This document shows positions 11,181 to 23,063 of a stretch of 64,000 nt of DNA, in pieces; position 1 is the stretch's first letter, and each line of letters starts with the position of its first letter. This stretch comes from Cladosporium halotolerans (Eukaryota). Under the pieces are notes generated by a model. The model worked only from the letters and a program-made list of their open reading frames with translations. It was not told the DNA's origin and did no database searches. A program made the translations under genes and the position numbers. Where the stretch lies: assembly GCF_011745625.1 (NCBI RefSeq), contig NW_027191493.1, positions 1-64,000 on the forward strand. Reading direction: 5' to 3'.

Positions 11181-11335
11181 ATCTTCCTCCGCCGTGCGAT
11201 CTCTGAAGTTGGGATGCATACAGCCCTCAAATCAGTCACAGCATGAATAGGGACGATTCGATGACATTTGCACACCTCGATTGTTGCTGTTGATCACCAT
11301 GTAGATTACTCCCTCATGCCTTGACATGTTGCGTT

Positions 11336-13981
11336 TTACTGAACAGTACAACCCCAGCTACGCCCTCCATGCCCGTCCTTCTCTAGTTCTGTCACCCTGT
11401 CTTCAACCCTGCCAACCGATCTCTCAAAGTCTGACACACCAGCCTCCACATCCTCCACCCGACTCTTCAGCCCATCGATCTCATACTCTAGCTTCGCAGC
11501 CAAAGTCTCCAGCTCCTTGCTGCCCTCTTCCAGTTCCTCCTTCTCATTCCGCAACAGGCCCTCGATATTCGCTTGCAGCGACTGCAAGCTTTCGAGTCGC
11601 GGTTGGTATGTGTCGACCAACCTGTCTGCGTTGTTCTCGGCGAGCGGACGGATGTCTTGTAGCATGCTGAGTTGCGCGCGCGTCCAATCCGCGGTGTCGG
11701 TCGAGAGCTGTTTTAACGCTAGGCGGAGGTCGATGGTGGATTTGGAGCGTAGTTCTTGCGCTGCGTATTGCGCGGCTGGGTCGTCTGACTCGGACTCTGA
11801 GTCGCTGGCGGTGAGCTCGCGCCAGGTCAGGACACTATCTTCGGCTAGGCTGAAGCTGAGGTGGCGTGGGTAATGTTCGTCGGGGCGCGGGTCGGCTTTG
11901 GTGTTTTCGACGTGGCTGAGGGACAGAGTGCGGTGAGGTGTGGCATCTTCTTGAATATGCTCTGGATCCATATCAAGCTCGTCGCCAGACTCGATAGCTT
12001 CTTCGTTGGTCTCTGCGAGGGAGGGACGGTGGTCGCTTGTTGGTATTGTGTGGGTGTAGTTGGTATCGCTTGTTGCTGTCCTTTGGACTGGTTCACCGTT
12101 GTCGGTCATATTGTCGTCGTCATCATCTTCGCCTTCTTCTTCTGCCACATCTTGGAAGCTTTCACGTGAGCCGCTGGACTGTCCTCGATTGACGCCTTGC
12201 TGGGCCGTCTCGGATTCCCCAGAGGTTTCTTTTCTCTGGGCGGCAAGCGCAGCATCAAGAGATGTCTCCTGCGTCGTTGACGCAGTGCTAGTAGGACTGC
12301 TTGCTGGCGAGGTCTGAGACCGAGACATTGGGGGCCTGCGGGCCTCCAGGCTCGTTCTCTCAATCGGACTTTTGGGATAATCCTCTTGCGAAAGCTTTTG
12401 GTGATGACCTAGACCAACAACACCTTTGAACTTGCCAAGTCCGCTTTTAGCATCGTTCTTGAGACCCGTCGCGCGCTTGAATAAGCCTCGCTTCTGATCA
12501 TCATCGTCTTCAGTGTCGTATTCCATCGGACTTCGAAGATCGTCGTACTGCTCTCGCGGCGGTACTGGCATGCCGTCGACCGTAGACTTTCTCCCCGTCC
12601 AGGCGAATCCACCTTGCTCATCCGGCCGGAAAACTAAACCACCGCTTGCGGTACGCTTTTCTTCTTGGGCTTCCTTGGCTTTCTTCATCGGCTTGCCATA
12701 CCAGAGCCATTTCGGGCGCTCGCCGTAGATGAGCTGGACGAATCGTTCAAGATCCGTGGTTTCAATCTCTGCAATCCCCGCTCTGTCTCTCCCACCAACG
12801 ACATCCATCACCATCTCACCACCTTTCCCACTCAGCTCCGCGACCGTCGATTTGACAACGCGAGGCACAGTCCAGCTGTCACTGCTCGCTGCTTTGGTGC
12901 TGACTCTATGTAGTCTACTGAGAGTGTGTTCATCTAGGCGGCGGGATTTGGTCAATCGTTGTTGCTTTTGGAAAGACCCAATGCCACGCTTCATGCTCTC
13001 AGTGTCGAAGGCGTCTTTGCCGACTGGAGCGCCTATAGCGTGGAGCCTGTTTCTGGCACCCATGAGGAGTCCAAGCAGAGCAGCTACTGTTGTAGGCCCT
13101 AGGATACCGTCGTGAGGCTCAGACTGGTAGTAGTCGCTGCCGATTGCCAGCCACCAATCATTGACCGCATTTTCGGTCACGTCACAGAGCAGTCCGTCGG
13201 CGTAATCGATATCGAGCTTGTTGAAAAGAGTGAGCGCAGTCTGGCAAAGTCTCACAAGCTCCATGACGGATTTGTAGATCTCGTTCTTGTCAGAGGTGCG
13301 GTAGAGCTGGTGGAACTTTGCAATAGTTGCCGAAGACGGGGGAACTAGTGTGAGCCCCACGCGCCCTGTGCATCCCAACCGCTTGAGGTCCTCGTTGACA
13401 AAGAAGTCGAACCGATGCTTCCTGAGGTCTCCATCAGGGACCGGGATGACTGTGAGCGAAGATGGGAAAGCAGAGAGGTTTGTCACCATCAGCGTGCCCA
13501 AAGGTGTATCGCTCCGGCGTGCGTGATACTGGTTCAGTGCTTTGAAATAAATACGCAGCCGCGGCGACCATTGCGACTCGTCGGTAGGAACGCTGAGCAC
13601 TCCGACCACGATTACGTGCGAAGGATCGCCGGTATAAGTCGTGATCACAAAAGTCGGGTGCGTGCGAGATGTAGTCCATTGCTCGACGATGTAGCATTCG
13701 TACCCCTTCAGCTCTCGTCGTCGCTCCAGTGTTGTCGTAGATGGGTCTTCCTCGAGGTAGCGAAAGGCGACGGGGTCGTCTAAGACGAAGCGCTGGCGGC
13801 CAGACTCCACGGCGGCGGGCGTATCATGCTCGGCGATGACATCCTCAGGGCGCTCCGAAGTTGGGACTCGTTTCAGATTACGCTCACCACCATTTGGTGC
13901 GGTGGTGGGCCGCTGAAATGAGGGCGAGGGTATTTGCGACGGACGAGATCGTCGCTCATCCATGGACTGCCTCACTGCCAT
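11336..13981 (-). CDS. Stb2/Stb6-like (Sin3-binding) protein with C-terminal coiled coil
   Basis: 881-aa ORF; N-terminal DPVAFRYLEED..GYECYIVEQW..NEDLKRLGCTGR..YADGLLCD..DGILGPTTVAALLG typical of the STB6 N-terminal family. Confidence 0.8.
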   Translation of the reverse strand: MAVRQSMDERRSRPSQIPSPSFQRPTTAPNGGERNLKRVPTSERPEDVIAEHDTPAAVESGRQRFVLDDPVAFRYLEEDPSTTTLERRRELKGYECYIVEQWTTSRTHPTFVITTYTGDPSHVIVVGVLSVPTDESQWSPRLRIYFKALNQYHARRSDTPLGTLMVTNLSAFPSSLTVIPVPDGDLRKHRFDFFVNEDLKRLGCTGRVGLTLVPPSSATIAKFHQLYRTSDKNEIYKSVMELVRLCQTALTLFNKLDIDYADGLLCDVTENAVNDWWLAIGSDYYQSEPHDGILGPTTVAALLGLLMGARNRLHAIGAPVGKDAFDTESMKRGIGSFQKQQRLTKSRRLDEHTLSRLHRVSTKAASSDSWTVPRVVKSTVAELSGKGGEMVMDVVGGRDRAGIAEIETTDLERFVQLIYGERPKWLWYGKPMKKAKEAQEEKRTASGGLVFRPDEQGGFAWTGRKSTVDGMPVPPREQYDDLRSPMEYDTEDDDDQKRGLFKRATGLKNDAKSGLGKFKGVVGLGHHQKLSQEDYPKSPIERTSLEARRPPMSRSQTSPASSPTSTASTTQETSLDAALAAQRKETSGESETAQQGVNRGQSSGSRESFQDVAEEEGEDDDDDNMTDNGEPVQRTATSDTNYTHTIPTSDHRPSLAETNEEAIESGDELDMDPEHIQEDATPHRTLSLSHVENTKADPRPDEHYPRHLSFSLAEDSVLTWRELTASDSESESDDPAAQYAAQELRSKSTIDLRLALKQLSTDTADWTRAQLSMLQDIRPLAENNADRLVDTYQPRLESLQSLQANIEGLLRNEKEELEEGSKELETLAAKLEYEIDGLKSRVEDVEAGVSDFERSVGRVEDRVTELEKDGHGGRSWGCTVQ

Positions 13982-14644
13982 TGCGGCCGTGGTAGTGGGT
14001 GTGTTTCTAAGGCCCGAGGACAGCCATACACAAATTGCGTTTAGCCTCGCATCATCATGATCCTGCGGCTTATTCCAAAATCAGTTGACTCGATTCTCCC
14101 CAGCCTCTCAGCGTTCACCAGTGCATTCGTCCAAGGCACATGTCGCAGCGTGAGGTGTACGTTCGATGCCTGAGGCCAACATTCACGTGAGCTAAGTGCA
14201 GTGGCGCAAAGCAAGCTCGAGCCGCATTGGGTAGCCACACGGTCGGCCGTTGTCCCGCGTCTTCAGAGGACGACATACAAGTGCCGACACTTCGCGCACC
14301 TCGCAGTCGCAAGCCTCCCCGTGGCATAGATTAATTCACCAGCCCCAAACGGCATCTCGAAGATCGGATGTCGCGGATCCCACGAAATGTGGAGGGCAAC
14401 TCTCCGATCTCACAGGTCGAGCCGATGCGACCCTTGTAGACTGCTTGCCGTGCCTTCATCATGACGTACCAACGCGCTGCACGAGGGTGAATGAAGACGT
14501 CAAGATGGCTTGTGGTCAGGCAAGGGTGATGTAGGATGGGTATATGAAAGTGATCTTTAGGTTCTCCTGGGCAACTGTCTCGCCTCTTTACCATACTCTA
14601 TACTATAACATTATCCATCAGAGAGAAAGTCTACGCTCTTCAAG

Positions 14645-16094
14645 ATGGCTATGTCACAGGCAGCATGGAAGGCCGAGCAGGCTCTCGGCCACGGCGACAA
14701 TGCAACAACAGCACAGGATGTGACCAACCCAGCTCTGAAGGAAGAGTGGGGAAGCTCCAAGGACACCATGAAAGCATTGGCCTGGATGGGAAAGAACACC
14801 GTTGAAGTTGGTAAGGATCGCTCTGAATCTCACTACCTTGATGAGCGCTAACATTATCTCGCATAGTTGAATGCCCGAAGCCAAAGCTTCTTGAAGACCG
14901 CGATGTAATCCTCAAGATCACTGGCAGCACCATCTGCGGCAGTGACCTTCACCTGTACCATGGCGCCGTCGTCGAGCTGCAGAAGGGCGACATCCTTGGC
15001 CACGAGTTTTGTGGTGTCGTGGATGAGATGGGCGCTGGCGTCAAGAATCTCAAGAAGGGCGACAGAGTAGTCGCTAGCTTCCAGATTGCCTGTGGCGACT
15101 GCTACTACTGCCAAAGGAAGCAGTCTTCGCAGTGCGAGCGCACGAACGCGAACACCATGGAGAACGCTATGTACGGCGGCCGTACTGCTGGTATGTTCGG
15201 ATACTCGCACTTCACTGGTGGCTTCGCTGGTGGCCAGTCTGAATACACTCGTGTGCCGTACGGCGACGTCAACCTACTCAAGCTTCCCGACGATGTTCCC
15301 GACGAGAAAGGTCTGTACCTTTCTGACGTGCTGAGCACGAGCTGGAACGGTGTTGTCGACACCGGAGTAGAGGAGGGCGATACTGTTGCCATCTGGGGCG
15401 CCGGGCCCATTGGTCAGATGTGCGCTGAGTTCGCTCTGATGCACAAGGCGAAGCGTGTTATCATGGTCGATCAGAACTGGCGTCTCGACTTTATCAGGGA
15501 GAGGTATCCGCGCATCGAGTGCGTGGACTTTTCGCAACACAAGAGCCCCAAGGGTGTTGTCTGGAAGCTCAAGGAAATGTGCGACGGCCGCGGCCCTGAC
15601 GTTGCCATTGAGTGTGTTGCTGGCGAGTATCCCAAGAGCTGGGCTCACACCATCGAGCTGGCGGCTGGTCTTGAGACCGACACTTCCGAGATAGTCAACG
15701 AGTGCATCGAGTCTGTGAAAAACTTCGGTCGCGTTGGTATCACTGGTGTCTACGTCGGCTACACGAACCACTTCAACATTGGTAAGTACTATCATTGGCC
15801 CACGACTTGATCGTTTGAAGCTAACATCAATCAGGCTCTCTCATGGAGCGCGGTATCCGTCTCATCGGCAACGGTCAAGCGCCCGTTCACATGTACTGGG
15901 AGGGACTACTGGAGAAGCTGCAGAAGAACGAGTTCGACCCGCTGAAGATGATCACGCACCGCGTCAAGATCGAGGACATGGACAAGGTATACGTCGACTT
16001 CGACAAGAAAAACGACGGCATGCAGAAGGTGTACGTCCAGACCCGCTTCTCGGCACCGCCTTGCGCCGGCAGCCCGAAGTTGAAGGAGTATTAG
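14645..16094 (+). CDS. Zinc-dependent medium-chain dehydrogenase, formaldehyde dehydrogenase-like (introns 14811-14866, 15782-15834)
   Basis: ICGSDLHLY, GHEFCG, structural Zn motif CGDCYYC..C, and the GAGPIG nucleotide-binding motif. Confidence 0.92.
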
Positions 16095-16729
16095 AATGCC
16101 AGGAAGGATGAGAGATGACGTGTTGACGCATAACGAAAGAAGCCGTACTTGATCTCCAATCTAATGAGCTGTTTGCATGAATACACAATGTTCTTTTTCA
16201 AATTGCACGCGCGATTTTAATGAATAGTTGCAGATGACACCTTGACGCAGACGTCGGTAGTCTTCACACTCGTCGGACGTCGGCTGATGGTGTGAGGTGC
16301 GGTGCGTGGTACGCCAGGTGAGGTCGCGTTAAGTTTATCCCGCGACTTCTACCTCAACCGTGGTGGCCTGATTGTTTGTTTGAACTAGAAAAGGGAGCTC
16401 CACTCTTTGAATTGGTTTTTGATTTGAATGATTGTATGAACGTGAGTGCATATAATTGCACGTAACTCCTCCAATATTTGAGGCTTCGGACGTCAAAAAC
16501 TCGTACGGCTTGAAGGGTGTGTATGAACACCAAGAAGCTTTGCTTGCGTAACGAGCGGAAGAACGCCAACGACTCCACGCGTCCCATCGCGCCCCGACCA
16601 GTTCCCCAAACAACGCCGAAAATATGATGCTAGAGTAAAAGAGCATGTGGTGCTCAAGAAAATGCTTGGTGCCGCAAGACGCAGCATAATAAAACATATG
16701 CGGAAGGTAAGCGGATCGCTTTGGCGTCC

Positions 16730-17293
16730 TTATTTGCCGATGCGGGCCTTGCCCTTCTTGGGCGGCGCGGACGATGTGATCTTGGATGTTTGCATGAGCT
16801 CGCCGATGTATCTGATGTTTCGTTAGTGCTTGGCGTTTATAGATCAGCCCGGGAATAACACGTACGACTGGAGAAACTTGTTTCCCCCTTCAAGTTTCTC
16901 GTGCTCGCTCTTGACCGTTTCCACTCGGTCGACGATGGCCTGCAGGCTGGTCTGGAGCACTCTGGCCTGCTCGATAAGATCCCTCCTCGCGTCTTCGCTC
17001 AGCTTGTCGACCTCCTCGCTGTTTCGCCTGGGCGACATGGCCCGGACGTCATCGTCTTCGAAATCGGAGTCCACCACGGTTGTGGGAGCATCTCGGGACA
17101 CAATCATGGTGCCGCTGCTCTTCCTGCTGCCCAATTTCGGCCTTGAGAGTCTCGAGCTCGAGCGGCCTCGTCCGTCGTCCTCGCTGACCACGGCGCTCGA
17201 GTCGGGCGAAGGCTCGGTGGAGTTGCCGTCTACGATTGCCGACTGAGAAATCGGGTCCTCGATTGAATGCACGGCGTCCTCTTCCCGTTGCAT
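16730..17293 (-). CDS. Short coiled-coil protein (SCOC/Slo1-like), intron 16812-16865
   Basis: AMSPRRNSEE..LQTSLQAIVDRVETVKSEHEKLEGGNKFLQS|YIGELM. Start codon uncertain; 17293 is the first in-frame ATG. Confidence 0.75.
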
Positions 17294-20200
17294 ATTCGGC
17301 TCGAGGTCGTCGTGCTGGGCCGCCTCGGGGGATTCGTCGTGGGAAGCCAGGCTTTCGCCTGTGGAGAAGCAGCGGGAATTCGAGGTAGCGTGTCCGCGGG
17401 CCAAGAGTGGTCAATTAAACATTAGGAGCGTAGAGCAGGAGCGCGGCGGGTGGTGGCAGGCATGCGCAGGATGTTGGAGGTGTTTGCTCGTGACCGGAAA
17501 CCCTGCGCCGGGAAGAAAAGAGGTGTGCGGGTGAAAGGGCTGAAGGGCAGTGTTGCGGTGGTACCAACTGCGCGCGGTGGAGGAGGTGCTCGCGCTACTG
17601 CGACGGTCAAGGACGGTGCGAATGTGAGTGGTGGACCCTGCGTCGGTGGGGAAGGGCATGACGTCTATTTTGCCGCCCATCATTTGGATCTGCCGGACGA
17701 CAGCCACCCACCACACGCGAGCCCTGCCGGGTGCGCTAGCGACTGAGCCTTCCGACGTGGTTGTGCCGCGGGCTCGCAGGCGCTGGCACTGCGACGGCCG
17801 CCCGTCTGCCAGCGCGCGCCCTGCTCTGCCACCTTAGCTCGCTGCGTCTTCATGCCGACGCACGCCTTGAAGCCCTGACGCCGCAGGGCGCCAAACTGCC
17901 AGCGCCTCCCGCTGCGCACCGCGGAGGCGAGGGCGAACCCGCCGGCTCTATCACGGGTCAACGGCACCGAGCGCTGTAGCGCGTGGCGACGTGCGCACGC
18001 TCGCTTGCCGGCTGGCGACCTGCGGATCCCAATGACCAGAGTCATCCTCGTCTCACTCTGAGAGCGCCGGGCGGCGAGGAGGCCCTATAGGATCGCGCGC
18101 CGCAGCGAAAGGCAGTGCTAGGAGGGTAGTGCGCGCTGGCTGCCTCACCGCGAGGCGTGACGTCCGCCGTCCGCTGCCTCCTGGCCTGATCGACGAGCAG
18201 CAGGAGCGGCGCCTGCCTCAGGCGCCCGCGGCGGCCTATAGCACGGCGGCAGACTCAGGCAGACCGCCATGTGCAGGCCACTCACAGCGCCGCTTGCCCG
18301 CTCGATGCGGCGCGCCGGCCAATCGCGCCGCTAGCCGCGTCTGATACAGCATGTCTTGCCCACACCCCTAGCAACCAACGGCCCTTATACCACACCCGGC
18401 TCGCGCGAGGATCAAGGCGACGACGCGCGCATCCTGGACAAGCGAAAGGCGCCGTGGCTCGCGGGCTGGCACGGCAGGCGGGAACAAGTCGGCGCCACCC
18501 CCAGTTCTGCAGCGCACCAACTCGGCGTGCGAAAATCCAATCTGAACTCCGCTCTTGGTGCCCATTTGCGTCTCCACCCACGCACACACGAGCCTTCTGC
18601 AGATCTTCCAAGCCTTTTCGGCTCCGTGCTTGGCGGGCCAATCACCGGCGGCGGGTGGGATGCGAGCGCGCTACAAACGCAGCTCTCGAAAGGGGTCCCT
18701 GGCCGCCGATGACAGCAATCTCGTGGAACGTTCGTAAACGCAAAGCAGACGCGCAGGCGTGAGCGACGCTCGTTAGGTAATGATGCGTGGAGATTATCCT
18801 GGGGATCGCTTGAGAACACTTCCTACTCCGGCACACCGTGAAACTGGCGACTTGAAACAGCGAACTCACCGCCTGCCAGCTCTCAGGGATTTGCCGAGAT
18901 CAACACTATCATCGCTGGACACACTTGCGCTAAGAGCTAATAGTTGCGAGGTAGCTACCGGCCCTTTCGGAGCGAGCTTGGGAGTTTCATTGCAGCGCCA
19001 CCATCTGCACTTCACGCGGTGAGACTCCCCTGTACTGCTGTAGCGCTCAGGGCGTCGGCACTCCACGATCTACCCTACTCAAACAGGGCGTAAAGGCCAT
19101 GCGTCACTAGCGGCGACATTCCGACACCTCTTGTGATACTGCCGTTTGGCGGCTCTTGCCTCAAGTTTCTCTGATACTATCCAGCTGCTAACGGTAATAA
19201 CGTGGAGAGCGGAGCACCTGTTCGGGCAGGGTGTTCGTGCAGGAAGGATCCACTGGGCGCCCACCAGGAATGCCCTTGATGACACCCACCAGTCCACTTG
19301 AATGGGGAAAATGCATCCATGACATGATCCATAGGCAGAGTGCCGTGCTCAAATGGCGCCGAAAATCCTTTCCGATGCCAGGACTCACTTGGCCCGTCTC
19401 AGGGTCAGAGATTTGAACACCTAACCGAAGGCGACACGTCTGCCGAGATCGCAGGTCCTGCACGCGAGATAACCACGTGTCCGGGATGGCGGTTGTCGTT
19501 ACACAGTGTAGACCTTGCAAGCTCGATCACAGCAATAGTATGACAAGATTGACGACCACAGTGCACACACAACCCGTGCTTCAACTGAGCGATTTTCGTC
19601 CTCCCGACGCCGTGGCCAAATACTCCGCAATCGAACACTGAGTCATTCGCCTCCCGAACATACGCAAGCGTGGAGCTTTCGAGCACTTTGCTGTTCCTAC
19701 AAGGAGCCCTCTGCGCCAGGGTCACACGGACAAAGAGGAGCGGTTCGCCTGACCTGCTCACGACTTCTGGCAGCTACTAAGCGCCACTACGAAAGCCACC
19801 TGGCAAGCTGTCAAGTCACGGATCACGCTCGTATCGAATAGAAGCATCCTCACTTCGAGTATCAGATACCATTTTCTGGTATATTGATCTTTATCGTCCC
19901 ATTTCTGCACCTCTGATACCTCGCTTCAAGCTTCTCCTTTTCTCCCCCTCTGAACGTTTCTATTTCCCGCGCACAAGCTCCCTGGAACTCCAGATCTCAC
20001 AGGGGACAGCGGGGCCCGGCAAACCCGACCGGCGGCTTTGGCCTCTCCACACCCATGAGTCTCCTCGTCACAGCACCGCCTCAGCGGCAAACCTACCGTC
20101 GGAGCCCACTCCCACGAGCAAGGGCTTGCTCCGAAGGCAGCACTTTCGTGGAACATTCCGAAGAAGTTCCTCGACGGCTTTGAGCGGCCGTTCTTCGGGG

Positions 20201-20301
20201 TATCTCGGTCGGCTTGGAAATTTCCGCCGAAGACAACCACACTACCAGAAAATTTACATCAATGTAATCGCTCTTGCCTGGAAGTGCGTTCATCAATCAC
20301 A

Positions 20302-20373
20302 GGCCGGCTGGCCCAATGGCAAGGCGCTTGACTACGAATCAAGAGATTGCAGGTTCGATCCCTGCGTCGGTCA
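20302..20373 (+). tRNA. tRNA-Arg (ACG), copy 1
   Basis: 72-nt cloverleaf GGCCGGC..GTCGGTCA; anticodon arm CTTGA-CT-ACG-AA-TCAAG; T arm GCAGG-TTCGATC-CCTGC; no intron. Confidence 0.97.
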
Positions 20374-20423
20374 GCAGCGGTATTCCTCTACCGCAGCTCT
20401 ATACTTCTCACTCTTCTCCCTCT

Positions 20424-20495
20424 GGCCGGCTGGCCCAATGGCAAGGCGCTTGACTACGAATCAAGAGATTGCAGGTTCGATCCCTGCGTCGGTCA
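20424..20495 (+). tRNA. tRNA-Arg (ACG), copy 2 (identical)
   Basis: Exact repeat of 20302-20373 after a 50-nt spacer. Confidence 0.97.
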
Positions 20496-20524
20496 ATCAG
20501 AGTGAGTCCTCCACGGAACATCAG

Positions 20525-20529
20525 TTTTT
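20525..20529 (+). terminator. Putative Pol III terminator (T5) for the tRNA pair
   Basis: First run of 4 or more T downstream of either tRNA; a second TTTT follows at ~20534. Confidence 0.6.
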
Positions 20530-21158
20530 GCCCTTTTGCTGGATCCTGTGGGCTGCCGTTACACCATGGCGACAAGAGGTAGGTGCCCGAAGTGGCGTGG
20601 TCAAATTTCGGTCCACTACATCACAGGTTCATTGTTTTCTCACGCTACTGTGGCTATCTCTTGCTGCAACTCAATCCAAGGGGAAAGGATCTAAACGGAG
20701 ACACTGCACCCTAACAATGTGGTAGGTTTATCTAGATCTCTTTACCTGCAAAAGTGGACCTCCTTATGTCCTAGTTATCCCAAGGACAAGAAGTGATTAC
20801 AAGAACAAGACGCGGCAGGCTTTGGAGAGAGGCGTTTCATTAGTACTACATGCTGCGACCTGCGCAGCAATCGTTCAAGAAATAAAGGTCATCAAGTGAC
20901 CAAGTTTTGAAGCCAGACGTGCCATCAATAACTTCAAGCGCTGACCTGGCAAAACCGCACACCGATGATAACGTTCAATGAGTGATTCGTCGTCCGAAGT
21001 TTCCTATGATCCGCGACTGTTCGCTCGCACCATTGACTGAGATCGCAGAAATCCATGCAGGTATCCAAGATGAAAAACTCGTGGTGGAGTTGGAAGCCGC
21101 TAGAGACCAGCTCGCGAGCGCAGCCACTTCTCATGTCAGGATCGCTTTGGCGATGCGA

Positions 21159-21521
21159 CTAAGGCCGAAAGTCGATCGATTGAGACAGCAGGAATTCCCC
21201 TGCGGGTATCCCTCGCGTTGGGCTGGAATGTCTCCTGTCGAGCACAGTAGCTTCGCCCGAGGTCGATGCTCGAGGGTAAGGTCGGTAGAGCGCACCGCTC
21301 GCGTTGCCGGAACCTGCCGGTTGATGTTGATGCTGATGTTGATGCCGACGGAAGCTCGAGTTGGCTCTCCCTCGAGAATGTCGATCGCAGGTATATCCCA
21401 CGTAAACGGTCTTTTCCTGTACCGCGTGTCCTCGTTGTGCACGAGCTGGGCAGGGGTCGACGCTGTGGCGATAATAGACGCAGCGGCAGACCGAGAATCT
21501 TTCGATAACCTGGATGCACAT
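21159..21521 (-). CDS. Small Cys/His-rich hypothetical protein (~120 aa)
   Basis: Good Kozak context (GCCATG), upstream TATATAA near 21702. N-terminus MCIQVIERFSVCRCVYYRHSVDPC..GH..YVGYTCDRH has the pattern of a conserved fungal microprotein (from recall). Confidence 0.65.
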   Translation of the reverse strand: MCIQVIERFSVCRCVYYRHSVDPCPARAQRGHAVQEKTVYVGYTCDRHSRGRANSSFRRHQHQHQHQPAGSGNASGALYRPYPRASTSGEATVLDRRHSSPTRGIPAGEFLLSQSIDFRP

Positions 21522-23063
21522 GGCCACTGACGTCGTAGGTAGGTATACGTTGTTTGAGTTCTGTGTTTCCTCAGAGGGTATAGCAAAGCAATGCAAACGC
21601 TTCAACGCTGGTAAGAACGAGAAGCAACAGGTCGAGAAGAGCTAACGATAAGAGCAATGTGAGTGCAAAGCCAGATCGTCCGGAAGCTGCGAGCAAGGTC
21701 ATTATATACAAAGCACATCACCAGGCGTCCTCAATCCGCGAGCGCGGTACGGCGAACCTGAGCAGTCCTTGGTCTTTCTTTCTGCTGGCGTCTGCTGTCA
21801 ACTACCATAGGCCAGCTCGCCCACCGCAGCTATACCGATTGTAGTGCGTGCTCGTGAAGCGAAGGCACAGAAGTCCATTTTAGCTACATTATTGACATGT
21901 GCGCGGTCAGATTTCCCTCGGCGCCGCTGCAGCAGCAGCCAGACGCATGGGATTGTGATCAATTGCGACGCTGCTCCTCCCGTCGCGGCTCGAGAGCAGG
22001 ACAGAACGACGCATCGCTATTGATCGCAGCCCTGCGACTTTGCGGCTCGCGGAGGATCCGTACGCCTGTTGGATATCATAAGAGGCTTGACAGGAGGCTG
22101 AACAGAGAGCCCTCGGCCTGGGACGAGATTGGCCGATTCGAATCTGATCACGGCAACGCGGCCAACGGGTCGCAGCACACCCCTGCGAATCCACGAGGCC
22201 GGGCGCCCCCTTGCTTTGCCTCGCCATGCGCTCGGGTTCGTGGCTTTCCCGCCGGATGCTGCGGCCCCGACAGTCAGCATTGGGGTCGCCTTAAGCAGCC
22301 GCCGCCTAGGTCTTACGGGTGAGTATTAGAAAGACGGCATGCGGCCTCCCAGGCGCAAAGATCGTAAGCAGCCACGACGTCACGTCGCACGGCGGCAGAT
22401 CTTGAAGGATCGCGCACGTGGTCATTTGTTCATTCATGACGATATGGAAAGGACGAACTCGAAGCCGCGATGCCGTCAATGTTTGCGCATGAGCACAGAG
22501 AATGCACGCGCGAAATGCATCGTAAGCCACTGGCGGAGGAAACCCTATCGCGACTGCGTCGCTGCTTACTGATTTTGGTCTGCATGCAGCGTTGCAGCCG
22601 GGCCCGCGCCACGCAGGATCAATAGCCTCAGCATGACTCTGTCGAACGCTTCAGCCTCTTTGGACCGAGCCCTGGACATTTGGATTCTGTATTACCAGCC
22701 ACTCACGCCGCTTCTTGACCCATTTCCGAATCGAAGTTAACCATTCTTCCTTTCAAAGGCAACACTATCGTTCGTCAGGCTGCTGGAAACCCATGATACG
22801 GGACATGCACGCCTTGAAACTTGAGTCAGATTTCCAGACTACCTTACTACAAATGGACCGCAGCTACACATGACTGGATGCGGAGCACCGAATGGGAACG
22901 AGGAAACCCAGTGGGCAAATGAACACGGATACGACTATTGAGACCAGTCTTCGGAAGGATTCGGTTTCGCTATAAATGCTCGTGAAGATATACGTCCGCC
23001 CAGAAATATCAGACTCGGCTAGCAGCAATGTCAAAGCGCCTGATTTCAGATCCCAGATACAGG

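Noticed and set aside
20126..20725. 199-aa ORF spanning the tRNAs
   Set aside because: Its internal repeat is only the translation of the two tRNA copies.
22630..23020. Short peptide-like frames downstream of lra3
   Set aside because: Interrupted by stops, with no recognisable motif; cannot be supported.
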